Positions 19,842-30,272 of a stretch of 64,000 nt of DNA are shown here, in pieces. The notes below the pieces were generated by a model. The model searched no databases, was not told the DNA's origin, and worked only from the letters and a program-made list of their open reading frames with translations. This DNA is from Clostridiaceae bacterium (lineage in GTDB: Bacteria > Bacillota > Clostridia > Acetivibrionales > DULL01), in the NCBI GenBank assembly GCA_012840395.1, contig DULL01000036.1:5832-69831 (forward strand), in the 5' to 3' direction. The translations under genes and the position numbers were made by a program. Positions within the stretch are counted from its first letter, which is position 1; each line of letters begins with the position of its first letter.

Positions 19842-20947
19842 TTAATAAGGACAGAATGGTAAAAGAATTCACCGAACTTGTTCAAATTGACAGCCTTACA
19901 TTTAAGGAAAGAAAAATGGCTGATACATTAAAGGCTAAATTATCTGAGCTAGGTATTGAATGCTACGAGGATGACGCGGGAGCAAAAATAGGAGGAAATG
20001 CAGGAAATATAATAGCTAAAATTGATGGTGATAAAAGCATACCTGCAATACTTCTTATGGCTCATATGGATACGGTGGTACCAGGAGAAGGAAAGAAGCC
20101 TGTAGTTGAAGGTGATATTATTAAATCAGAAGGAAAGACAATCCTGGGAGCAGATGATGTATCCGGAATTGAATGTATATTAGAGTGTATTAGAGTATTA
20201 AAGAGCGGGAACATAAAACACGGAGATATATATGCAGTGTTCACAGTTGCAGAAGAAGGAGGCTTACATGGGGCAAAAAATCTGGATTACAGTAAAATAT
20301 CCGCTAAGTACGGATTTGTTCTTGACAGCGGTGGAGATATAGGAGAAGTAAATATAAAGGCTCCTACTCAAAATGAAATACATGTTACTGTAAAAGGAAA
20401 AGCAGCCCATGCAGGCATAGAACCGGAAAAAGGCATAAATGCAATTCAGATAGCTTCAGAGGCAATTGCCAATATGAAACTTGGGAGAATTGACAGTGAA
20501 ACTACTGCCAACATAGGCATTATAAATGGAGGAAAAGCAACCAATATTGTATGTGATGAAGTGATAATCCACGCTGAAGCAAGAAGCAGGCAGCCAAGGA
20601 AGCTGGAGGAACAAACTCAGCACATGAAAGAGTGCTTTATGAAAGCTGCAGGTAAATTCGGAGGTTCTGTGGAGTTTAAAGCCGATTTAATGTATCCTGC
20701 TTTTGAGGTAAAAGAAGATGATGAAATAATATATATTTTAAGAAAAGCTGCCCAGGAATGCGGTATTGAGCTAAAATTGGAAGCTACAGGCGGCGGAAGC
20801 GATACAAATATAATATCCTCAAAGGGCATAAAGGCGGTCAATGTAAGTGTAGGAATGAGAAACGTACACAGTGTTGAGGAGTATATAAAAATAGAAGATC
20901 TGACAAAAGCTGCTGAATTTTTATTGGCAATTATTAAAAATGTATAA
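19838..20947 (+). CDS. M20/M42-type metallopeptidase (peptidase T-like)
   Basis: 369 aa. Metal-ligand contexts AHMDTV, GADDVSG and VAEEGGLHG. A 4-nt overlap with trmL. Confidence 0.8.
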   Translation: MINKDRMVKEFTELVQIDSLTFKERKMADTLKAKLSELGIECYEDDAGAKIGGNAGNIIAKIDGDKSIPAILLMAHMDTVVPGEGKKPVVEGDIIKSEGKTILGADDVSGIECILECIRVLKSGNIKHGDIYAVFTVAEEGGLHGAKNLDYSKISAKYGFVLDSGGDIGEVNIKAPTQNEIHVTVKGKAAHAGIEPEKGINAIQIASEAIANMKLGRIDSETTANIGIINGGKATNIVCDEVIIHAEARSRQPRKLEEQTQHMKECFMKAAGKFGGSVEFKADLMYPAFEVKEDDEIIYILRKAAQECGIELKLEATGGGSDTNIISSKGIKAVNVSVGMRNVHSVEEYIKIEDLTKAAEFLLAIIKNV

Positions 20948-21023
20948 TTAAGGCAAGGGGTTAGAGCATGAATTTATTCAAAAATTATAACCATGAATTA
21001 TTATATAAAAAAGGGGGGAGACT

Positions 21024-22109
21024 ATGAGAAAAAGAATAGGAGTGTTGACGGGTGGTGGTGACTGCCCGGGACTAAATGCGGTACTAAGGGCAGTTGTCAA
21101 AACTGCGATGATTAAATATGGCTATGACGTTATAGGCTTCAGGGATGGCTACAGAGGCCTTGTCATGAATAACTATGTTCATTTCAAGCCGGGTGACGTA
21201 TCGGGAATTCTTGATAAAGGTGGTACAATACTTGGTACTTCCAATAGGGACAATCCTTTTAATTTTAGAGTTGAAAGAGGCGGCACGGTTGAATACAAGG
21301 ATATGACCGAAAGAATTCTTGATAATGTACATATGCACGATATAGAGTGCATGGTGATAATTGGAGGAGATGGTACATTAACAAGCGCAAGAGACCTTTC
21401 AAGAAAAGGACTGAATGTGGTTGGAGTTCCTAAAACAATAGACAATGATTTATCTGCAACAGATACAACCTTTGGATTTATGACGGCGGTTGATACAGCT
21501 ACCGAGGCTATAGATAAACTTCATTCTACTGCTGAGTCCCATCACAGGATAATGATTCTTGAGGTAATGGGGAGATATGCAGGCTGGATAGCCCTGGAAG
21601 CTGGAATTGCAGGTGGTGCAGATGTTATTCTTATACCTGAAATACCCTATGACATTAATAAAGTGGCACAAAGTGTAATGAACAGGAAGAATGAGGGTAA
21701 ACATTTCAGCATCATAGTGGTTGCTGAAGGAGCTAAACCTGTAAATGGTGAAGTTTGTGTAAGTAAAGTGCTGGAACACAGCCCCGATCCCATCCGCCTC
21801 GGGGGAATTGGACACAAAATAGCTTCCGAACTGGAGGAAATAACAAATATTGAAACCAGGGTTACTGTTTTAGGACATCTCCAGAGGGGAGGAAGGCCTA
21901 TACCTTATGACAGGATTCTTTCTACCCGTTATGGTGTTGCTGCTGTTGAAATGGTAGTCCAAAAAAAATACGGAGTTATGGTCAGCCTTCAGGGAAAGGA
22001 TATTGTTCCCGTACCTCTTGAAGATGCAGTAAATTCGATAAAAACTGTAGATCCGGAAGGAGAACTGGTAAGGATAGCCAAGAGTGTAGGGGTAGGATTT
22101 GGGGATTAA
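21024..22109 (+). CDS. pfkA: ATP-dependent 6-phosphofructokinase
   Basis: 361 aa. GVLTGGGDCPGLNA, IGGDGT (the GGDG signature of ATP-PFKs), and PKTIDND. Confidence 0.9.
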   Translation: MRKRIGVLTGGGDCPGLNAVLRAVVKTAMIKYGYDVIGFRDGYRGLVMNNYVHFKPGDVSGILDKGGTILGTSNRDNPFNFRVERGGTVEYKDMTERILDNVHMHDIECMVIIGGDGTLTSARDLSRKGLNVVGVPKTIDNDLSATDTTFGFMTAVDTATEAIDKLHSTAESHHRIMILEVMGRYAGWIALEAGIAGGADVILIPEIPYDINKVAQSVMNRKNEGKHFSIIVVAEGAKPVNGEVCVSKVLEHSPDPIRLGGIGHKIASELEEITNIETRVTVLGHLQRGGRPIPYDRILSTRYGVAAVEMVVQKKYGVMVSLQGKDIVPVPLEDAVNSIKTVDPEGELVRIAKSVGVGFGD

Positions 22110-22276
22110 AAGTTTGTTAAAAATTTAATTATTTTTCTGTTAATGTATTGAAAATAAACACTAGATATAATAAAATGTAACTTAAAATATATAGTTTTTT
22201 TGGATGATTAATCCTGAAACAAATTTCTACTGCAATAAATGAGTTTAAATTTTAAATATTATTACATAGGAGGTAA

Positions 22277-23311
<1,035 letters not shown>

Positions 23312-23354
23312 TAAGTAGAAAATATTTGGACGTTTAGTGTTTGTGTAGGTTACT

Positions 23355-23400
23355 CCAAAGGTTCGGCGCTTTTAGCCCCGAACCTTTAGGTTATTTATAC
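23355..23400 (+). terminator. Hairpin after gap (terminator or processing site)
   Basis: CCAAAGGTTCGG / CCGAACCTTTAGG stem with loop CGCTTTTAGC, followed by TTATTTAT. Confidence 0.4.
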
Positions 23401-23549
23401 CTGGCTGATTGCCGCAGGAATTTTAGCTTCTTAAAAGGCAAAACATGCGGCTTTAAGCCTCCGGATAAGTACAGACATAATTCTGATGGAGTAAAGCTCC
23501 AATTAAAGTAAGTTTACTTTAATACTGAATGAGTAGGAGAGTGAATGTT

Positions 23550-25496
23550 ATGAGTATGATGAACAAAAAGACTGTAGAAGATATAAATGTTCATGGCAAA
23601 AGAGTTATTGTAAGGGTTGATTTTAACGTGCCCTTGGATGATCAGGGCAGAATAACCGATGATAAGAGAATAGTAGCTGCATTGCCCACAATTAAGTACC
23701 TGATTGACAATAAAGCAAAGACAATACTTGTTTCCCATCTTGGACGCCCAAAAGGAGAATTAAAAGAAAAATACAGCATGAAGCCAACCGCTCAGAGATT
23801 AAGTGAGCTTTTAGGGCAGGAAGTAATTCTTGCCAAGGATGTAATAGGTGAAGATGCAAAGGCAAAGGCACAGGCTCTTAAAGAGGGTCAGGTAATGATG
23901 CTTGAAAATGTAAGGTTCCATAAGGAAGAAGAAAAAAATGACCCTGCTTTTGCAAAAGAACTGGCAAGTATGGCAGAAATATTTGTAAATGATGCATTTG
24001 GAACTGCGCACAGGGCTCATGCTTCTACAGCAGGTTTGGCGGATTACCTCCCTGCAGTATGCGGATTCTTAATAAAGAAGGAAATCCAATTCCTGGGGAA
24101 AGCCCTGTCCAATCCTGAGAGACCCTTTGTTGCAATTCTTGGCGGTGCAAAAGTATCAGATAAAATCTCTGTTATAATGAGTTTACTGGATAAGGTTGAT
24201 TCTCTATTAATAGGTGGAGGTATGGCTTATACTTTCCTGAAAGCAAAAGGATATCATATTGGCAACTCTATCTGTGAAGACGATAAGCTTGATCTGGCAA
24301 AAAGTATTATGGAAAAAGCAGAAGAGAAGGGTGTCAACCTGTTACTTCCCGTAGGAAGCATTGTTGCCAAGGAATTTAAAAACGATACAGAATATAAATA
24401 TGTGCCATCCGATGCTATGCCTGATGGCTGGATGGGTATGGATATAGGTTCTCTCACAGTTGAAAAGTTTTCTAAGGTAATCAAAAAAGCAAAGACCATA
24501 GTATGGAATGGACCAATGGGAGTATTCGAATTCCCTAACTTTGCCTATGGTACTAAGGAAATTGCAAAAGCTGTGGCAGAATCAAACGCTATTTCAATTG
24601 TAGGTGGCGGTGATTCAGCAGCGGCTATTGAACAGCTTGGCTTTGCAGATAGAATTACACATATTTCTACCGGAGGAGGAGCTTCTCTGGAATTCCTCGA
24701 AGGGAAAGAACTTCCGGGTATTGCTGTTTTAATGGATAAAAATCCAAGAAAAAAGCTGATAGCAGGCAACTGGAAGATGAATATGACACCAAAGGAAGCT
24801 GTTGAATTTGTTTCAGCATTAAAAGATAAAGTGTCAAATGCTGTGGCCGAAGTTGCCGTATGTGTTCCCTTTACAAGCATAGAGGGAGTTAAAAAGGCTG
24901 TTGAAGGTACAAACATTAAAGTAGGCGCCCAAAACATGTTCTATGAAGAAAAAGGAGCGTATACCGGAGAAATTTCAGGTCCAATGCTCAAGGAATTGGG
25001 AGTCGAATATGTAATTATTGGACACTCTGAGAGAAGGCAGTATTTTGCAGAAACTGATGAAACAGTAAACAAAAAAGTCCATGCAGCTTTTAAATATGGT
25101 TTAAAACCAATTATATGCGTAGGCGAGTCACTGACCCAGAGAGAACAGGGAGTTACTGAAGATTTAGTAAGATACCAGGTAAAAATTGCTCTTAAGGATT
25201 TAACTGAAGCACAGGCAAAAAATATTGTAATAGCATATGAGCCAATTTGGGCAATTGGAACCGGTAGGACTGCTACCAGCGAGCAGGCAAATGAAGTATG
25301 TAAAGCTATAAGAAATACAATTAAAGAACTATATGGCGAAGAAATAGCAGAAGAAGTCAGAATACAATATGGTGGAAGTATAACCGCAGCAAATGCACAG
25401 GAATTATTCTCCATGTCTGATATTGACGGTGGCCTTGTAGGAGGAGCCAGTCTGAAACTTGACGATTTCACAAAAATTGTGAAATGGGAAGAATAA
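23550..25496 (+). CDS. pgk-tpiA: Bifunctional phosphoglycerate kinase / triosephosphate isomerase (in-frame fusion)
   Basis: Start set at ATG 23550 after AGGAG. PGK part ([32 protein letters not shown]) runs without a stop into TIM ([32 protein letters not shown]). Confidence 0.9.
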   Translation: MSMMNKKTVEDINVHGKRVIVRVDFNVPLDDQGRITDDKRIVAALPTIKYLIDNKAKTILVSHLGRPKGELKEKYSMKPTAQRLSELLGQEVILAKDVIGEDAKAKAQALKEGQVMMLENVRFHKEEEKNDPAFAKELASMAEIFVNDAFGTAHRAHASTAGLADYLPAVCGFLIKKEIQFLGKALSNPERPFVAILGGAKVSDKISVIMSLLDKVDSLLIGGGMAYTFLKAKGYHIGNSICEDDKLDLAKSIMEKAEEKGVNLLLPVGSIVAKEFKNDTEYKYVPSDAMPDGWMGMDIGSLTVEKFSKVIKKAKTIVWNGPMGVFEFPNFAYGTKEIAKAVAESNAISIVGGGDSAAAIEQLGFADRITHISTGGGASLEFLEGKELPGIAVLMDKNPRKKLIAGNWKMNMTPKEAVEFVSALKDKVSNAVAEVAVCVPFTSIEGVKKAVEGTNIKVGAQNMFYEEKGAYTGEISGPMLKELGVEYVIIGHSERRQYFAETDETVNKKVHAAFKYGLKPIICVGESLTQREQGVTEDLVRYQVKIALKDLTEAQAKNIVIAYEPIWAIGTGRTATSEQANEVCKAIRNTIKELYGEEIAEEVRIQYGGSITAANAQELFSMSDIDGGLVGGASLKLDDFTKIVKWEE

Positions 25497-25545
25497 CAGC
25501 TGCAGTTTAGTTTTTTGAGTTATACGACGGAAGGTGGATTATATT

Positions 25546-27084
25546 ATGAAGAAAAGACCAGTGGCATTAATTATTTTGGACGGATATGGGTTAAATCCCG
25601 AAATAAAGGGAAACGCTGTAGCAAATGCCTATAAACCCAATCTGGACAGTTTTATTGCCACTTATCCAAATACCAGGATATACTGCAGCGGTTTGGATGT
25701 TGGTTTGCCAAAAGGCCAGATGGGCAATTCAGAGGTGGGTCATACAAATATTGGTGCAGGACGCGTGGTATATCAGGAGTTAACAAGAATTACCAAGTCT
25801 ATTGAAGACGGAGACTTTTTTGAAAGGGAAGAATTCTTGGGAGCTATAGAAAATTGCAAAAAGCACGGGACAAAATTACATTTGTTTGGTTTATTATCTG
25901 ATGGAGGAGTACACAGCCATAATACTCATCTCTATGCCTTGGTGGAACTGGCAGCAAGGCATAATTTAAAAGATGTGTATATTCATAATTTCTTTGATGG
26001 CAGAGATGTCCCTCCAGATAGTGCCATAAAGTACGTAGAGGAACTTGAAGAAAAACTTGCGAGTATAGGTACCGGTAAAATTGCAAGTTTAATGGGAAGA
26101 TACTATGCCATGGACAGAGATAACAGATGGGAAAGAGTAAAACTGGCTTATGATGCCATGGTCATGGGTCAGGGTATATATTCTGATAATGCTATTAAAG
26201 CTGTAAAAGAATCCTATGCAAGAGAAGAATATGATGAGTTTGTAAAACCCGTTGTTATTGTAGAAAATGGCAGGCCTGTAAGCACCATAGGTGAAAATGA
26301 TTCTATCATTTTCTATAATTTCAGGCCTGACAGAGCCAGAGAAATTACCAGGGCTTTTGTGGATGAAGATTTTAAAGGTTTTGAAAGGCCAAAAGGTTTC
26401 TTCCCAGTGTATTATGTATGCATGACCCAGTATGATAAGACAATGCCCAATGTAAAAGTGGCGTATAAACCTGAAAGCCTTGAAAATACTTTTGGGGAAT
26501 ATATCAGCAAACTTGGTTATAAACAGCTCAGGATAGCTGAAACTGAAAAATATGCACATGTAACATTCTTTTTCAACGGCGGAGTTGAAAAGATGTATGA
26601 AGGAGAAGACAGAGTGCTTGTTCCTTCACCAAAAGTTGCGACCTATGATTTAAAGCCTGAAATGAGTGCATATGAAGTTACCGAAGAAGTTTTGAAAAGA
26701 ATAGATTCAGAAAAATATGATGTAATTGTGCTAAACTTTGCAAACTGTGATATGGTTGGCCATACAGGAGTTTATGAAGCTGCAAAAGCGGCTGTTGAAG
26801 CAATTGATAAATGCCTGGGCAGGATAGTCCCCCTTGTGCTGAAAAAGGGAGGCGTGGCGCTAATTACTGCCGATCATGGAAATGCAGAGCAGATGATAGA
26901 TCCTGACACAGGAGGAAGCTTTACTGCTCATACAATAAATCCGGTACCTCTTATATGTATAGGACTGGAAAATATTGAACTTAAAGAAGGCAGGCTTGCA
27001 GATCTGGCACCTACCATGCTGGATATAATGGAAATTGAAAAACCTCCGGAAATGACAGGTCAGTCTCTTATTGTAAAGAAATAA
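25546..27084 (+). CDS. gpmI: 2,3-bisphosphoglycerate-independent phosphoglycerate mutase
   Basis: Start at ATG 25546 (MKKRPVALIILDGYG). Motifs GNSEVGH and ADHGNAE. Confidence 0.95.
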   Translation: MKKRPVALIILDGYGLNPEIKGNAVANAYKPNLDSFIATYPNTRIYCSGLDVGLPKGQMGNSEVGHTNIGAGRVVYQELTRITKSIEDGDFFEREEFLGAIENCKKHGTKLHLFGLLSDGGVHSHNTHLYALVELAARHNLKDVYIHNFFDGRDVPPDSAIKYVEELEEKLASIGTGKIASLMGRYYAMDRDNRWERVKLAYDAMVMGQGIYSDNAIKAVKESYAREEYDEFVKPVVIVENGRPVSTIGENDSIIFYNFRPDRAREITRAFVDEDFKGFERPKGFFPVYYVCMTQYDKTMPNVKVAYKPESLENTFGEYISKLGYKQLRIAETEKYAHVTFFFNGGVEKMYEGEDRVLVPSPKVATYDLKPEMSAYEVTEEVLKRIDSEKYDVIVLNFANCDMVGHTGVYEAAKAAVEAIDKCLGRIVPLVLKKGGVALITADHGNAEQMIDPDTGGSFTAHTINPVPLICIGLENIELKEGRLADLAPTMLDIMEIEKPPEMTGQSLIVKK

Positions 27085-27091
27085 AAAATTT

Positions 27092-27218
27092 AACCAGGCA
27101 TAAAGAAGTCTTTCGCTTCTATAAGCGGGAGCTGAATTAATGTAAATTGTAATAATGACTTATTTCAGTGGGGAATTGCAAAACCCCACTGAATCACCAA
27201 GCGAAGCGAGTTTGCTTG
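27092..27218 (+). repeat. Conserved structured intergenic element, copy A
   Basis: Shares long blocks with 31757-31880 and 43665-43793. Two hairpins (27110-27131; 27166-27191). Lies between the gpmI stop and the terminator at 27222. Confidence 0.85.
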
Positions 27219-27221
27219 ATA

Positions 27222-27260
27222 AAGAGGACAGTTACCCGGGTAGCTGCCCTCTTGTTTTTT
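27222..27260 (+). terminator. Rho-independent terminator of the glycolytic operon
   Basis: AAGAGGACAG / CTGCCCTCTT stem with one mismatch, followed by a GTTTTTTG run. Confidence 0.7.
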
Positions 27261-27377
27261 GTTTAAAATATATCTTTCTGAATGCATAAAAAATATAGTT
27301 ACTTTTTTTATTAAATTGCCGAAAATTATATTATAAGCAGTTTTTCAATCTCAGAATTTTACATATAAGGTGATGAT

Positions 27378-28211
27378 ATGGATATTGCAACATTTTTGGG
27401 TATTGTTGCTGGAGTTGTTTGTATTGTAATTTCTATATTATTAGACGGATCTCTCCGGTCTTTTTATGATCTACCGTCAATTTTTATTACTATAGGTGGG
27501 GGAATAGCCTCTGTTCTTGTAAGTTACAGGGTTGAGGAAATTGCAAAGATTTTAAAATTAGTAGGTAGAGCTTTTTCAAGTAAGCAGCCCAGTCCCGGAG
27601 ATACAATAAGACTTCTGGTAGGTCTTTCACAGAAAGCCAGAAGAGAAGGACTCTTAGCCCTTGAGTCAGAGCAGGAAAATATTGAGGACGATTATATTAG
27701 AGAATCATTACAACTTATTATAGACGGTGTAGAACCAGATACTGTTCGGGAGTCCATGAATCTGGAACTGGAAAACCTGGAAGCAAGACATTTAAGAGGC
27801 CAGAGCTTGTTTAAAACCATGGGTGCTTTATTCCCTGCATGGGGTATGATAGGTACTCTGATAGGACTTATAAACCTCCTTGAACATTTGGATGAACCGT
27901 CAAAGATCGGACCCTCCATGGCTGTTGCCCTTGTAACCACTTTTTATGGAAGTGTATTGGCTAACTTTGTTTGTAATCCTATTGCTACAAAGCTCGCAAT
28001 AAAAAGTAAAGAGGAAATACGTTTAAAAGAGATGATTATTGAAGGAATTCTATCAATTCAGGCAGGAGAAAATCCCAGAATTATGGAACATAAACTCAAG
28101 ACCTTCCTTTCACCGGAGCAAAAGAAGGCTTATGATATGATGGAAGGGAACCCTCTTAAGAATAGAAATAGAGAAGAAAGTCTTAGGGAGGATATTGCTT
28201 TTAATAAGTGA
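27378..28211 (+). CDS. motA: Flagellar motor stator protein MotA (MotA/TolQ/ExbB channel family)
   Basis: 277 aa. Four-TM pattern, with the conserved C-terminal TM pair (PAWGMIGTLIGL .. ALVTTFYG). Confidence 0.85.
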   Translation: MDIATFLGIVAGVVCIVISILLDGSLRSFYDLPSIFITIGGGIASVLVSYRVEEIAKILKLVGRAFSSKQPSPGDTIRLLVGLSQKARREGLLALESEQENIEDDYIRESLQLIIDGVEPDTVRESMNLELENLEARHLRGQSLFKTMGALFPAWGMIGTLIGLINLLEHLDEPSKIGPSMAVALVTTFYGSVLANFVCNPIATKLAIKSKEEIRLKEMIIEGILSIQAGENPRIMEHKLKTFLSPEQKKAYDMMEGNPLKNRNREESLREDIAFNK

Positions 28212-28279
28212 AGTATAGATAACCTCGTATAAATAGATAACCTCGCATATTTGATTTTTTAAAGGAGGTGCTTGGAAAT

Positions 28280-28981
28280 ATGAGAAAAAGGAAAAGAGGA
28301 AATGGAGATTCGGAAGAAGGTGCTGCCCCATGGCTTCTTACATACAGCGATATGGTAACATTGCTTTTAACATTTTTCGTGATGCTTTTTTCCATGGCTT
28401 CTCTTGATATTCAGAAGTTTACACAGGTATCTCAGTCTATCCGAAAAGCCTTTTTATACGATAGCAGCGGTGACAGATTCCTGCAAAATAAATCTGCAAG
28501 GGATTTAATAGGTACTACAGCTTCAGAAGAAGAGGAGAGGCTTAAAAATGCAGTTCAAAAGGTTACAGAAGAGATGGAAAAGCTGGAGATATCAGAGTAT
28601 GTTACCGTGATAGAAGAAGAGGAAGAGCTGGTTTTAAGGTTCGATTCTGTTGTACTATTTGAATTGGGGAAGGCAGACATTCTTCCTTCTGGTCAGGAAG
28701 TGTTACTAAAATTAGGCAGCATACTTAAGGAACTTGATAATGAAATCATTATAGAAGGTCATACTGATAATTTGCCGATAAACACTCTTTTATTTCCAAC
28801 AAATTGGGAACTTTCTACAAAGAGAGCTACAAATGTAGTGCTATTTTTAGTGGAGAAATCAGGGCTTGATCCTGCAAAACTTGCTGCTACCGGGCGGGGT
28901 GAGTTCAAACCCATCAGGCCTAATGATACTGAAGAAAATAGAAGTAAAAACAGGAGAATAGATATTATAATTCTTAAGTAG
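28280..28981 (+). CDS. motB: Flagellar motor protein MotB (OmpA-like C-terminal domain)
   Basis: Start at ATG 28280 after AAAGGAGG. Plug/TM segment (WLLTYSDMVTLLLTFFVMLF with the conserved Asp). OmpA-like tail (GHTDN..NWELSTKRA..NRRIDI). Confidence 0.85.
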   Translation: MRKRKRGNGDSEEGAAPWLLTYSDMVTLLLTFFVMLFSMASLDIQKFTQVSQSIRKAFLYDSSGDRFLQNKSARDLIGTTASEEEERLKNAVQKVTEEMEKLEISEYVTVIEEEEELVLRFDSVVLFELGKADILPSGQEVLLKLGSILKELDNEIIIEGHTDNLPINTLLFPTNWELSTKRATNVVLFLVEKSGLDPAKLAATGRGEFKPIRPNDTEENRSKNRRIDIIILK

Positions 28982-29242
28982 TATATAATTTTAAAGAAAA
29001 ATTTGTTCTATAGAAATGATATTATATTTATTTTAGAATTAATAATAATAATCTGGAAAATAGATGTTAAGATCAATATAAGATATTATTAATTAAAATC
29101 GATACTGTTAACTGAAAAAAGATATATATGAACCAGTTATTGTTGTTTAAATAGATTTATTATCTAAATAATTCTAAATAATAGATCATAGTATAAAAGA
29201 GTATGTAACTAAAAAGGTGTGTTATAACCTCAAAAGACGACA

Positions 29243-29320
29243 ATAATCCAAAATAAAATAATCCAAAATAAAATAATCCAATTAATATGATCCAATTAAT
29301 ATGATCCAATTAATAATATT
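29243..29320. repeat. AT-rich tandem repeats sharing an ATCCAA core
   Basis: Two full ATAATCCAAAATAAA units plus a partial third (ATAATCCAA), followed by ATCCAATTAATATG x3 (last copy degenerate). Confidence 0.85.
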
Positions 29321-29415
29321 AGGTTTGATATAAATAAAAAGGATAAACTTTTTCCATGTAGAATAATATATGCATAATAATTACTATGCATTTATTTTTT
29401 TATGAAAGGATGGTT

Positions 29416-30144
29416 ATGTTGAACAAATCAAAGATTATAGCCCACAGAGGTGCTTCCAAGTATGCTCCTGAAAACACTATTGCAGCCTTTAAAAAGGCTA
29501 TGGAATTGGGTTCTGATGGTATAGAACTTGATGTTCAGCTGTCATCAGATGGGCATATTGTGGTAATACACGATGAAAAGCTTGAAAGAACCAGCAACGG
29601 AAGCGGTTTGGTAAAGGATAAAACTTTGAAAGAATTGAGAGAACTTGATTTTGGCAGCTGGTTTTCACCGGAATTCAAAGGAGAGACTATTCCGACACTG
29701 ACTGAGATAATGGAATTACTGCAGGATTGGGAAGGCCTCCTAAATATTGAAATAAAATCCGGTCCAGTCATTTATCCTGAAATTGAAGAAAAGGTTGTAA
29801 GTCTTGTAAATAAATTTTCTAATAAAAACCGTGTAATTATATCCTCATTTAACCATTATAGCCTGGTAAAAATCAAGAAAATTGATCCGGATATAAAAAC
29901 AGGAATATTGTATGTAGCAGGTTTGTATGAACCATGGACCTATGCAAAAAAACTGGATGCCTATGCCATTCATCCTCTTTTTTACAATATTGTTCCTGAA
30001 GTGGTTTTTGGATGCCTAGAAAATGGAATTTCTATTAATACATATACCGTAGATGATCCTTACATGATTAAAAGGATATCTGAAATAGGTGTTCAAGGAA
30101 TAATTACCAATGTGCCTGATGTAGCCTTAAATGCCATTAATTAA
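29416..30144 (+). CDS. Glycerophosphodiester phosphodiesterase
   Basis: Start set at ATG 29416 (MLNKSKIIAHRGAS). GDPD motifs HRG, ENT and ELDV. Confidence 0.85.
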   Translation: MLNKSKIIAHRGASKYAPENTIAAFKKAMELGSDGIELDVQLSSDGHIVVIHDEKLERTSNGSGLVKDKTLKELRELDFGSWFSPEFKGETIPTLTEIMELLQDWEGLLNIEIKSGPVIYPEIEEKVVSLVNKFSNKNRVIISSFNHYSLVKIKKIDPDIKTGILYVAGLYEPWTYAKKLDAYAIHPLFYNIVPEVVFGCLENGISINTYTVDDPYMIKRISEIGVQGIITNVPDVALNAIN

Positions 30145-30272
30145 GCAGTGCAAGGTAAAAATGGATAGTTCCACGACATGTTTAGTAAGTAATGTTTATT
30201 TTGACCAGCTGAGTAGCGGCTGTTGGCTATAAGTGGCAACTACTTATCAGATTAAAAGGGAGGGCGGTACAT

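Noticed and set aside
27262-27377. Possible sigma-D promoter for motA (GCCGAAAA resembling the GCCGATAA -10).
   Set aside because: No TAAA -35 element lies at the required ~15-nt spacing, so the match is to half a consensus only.
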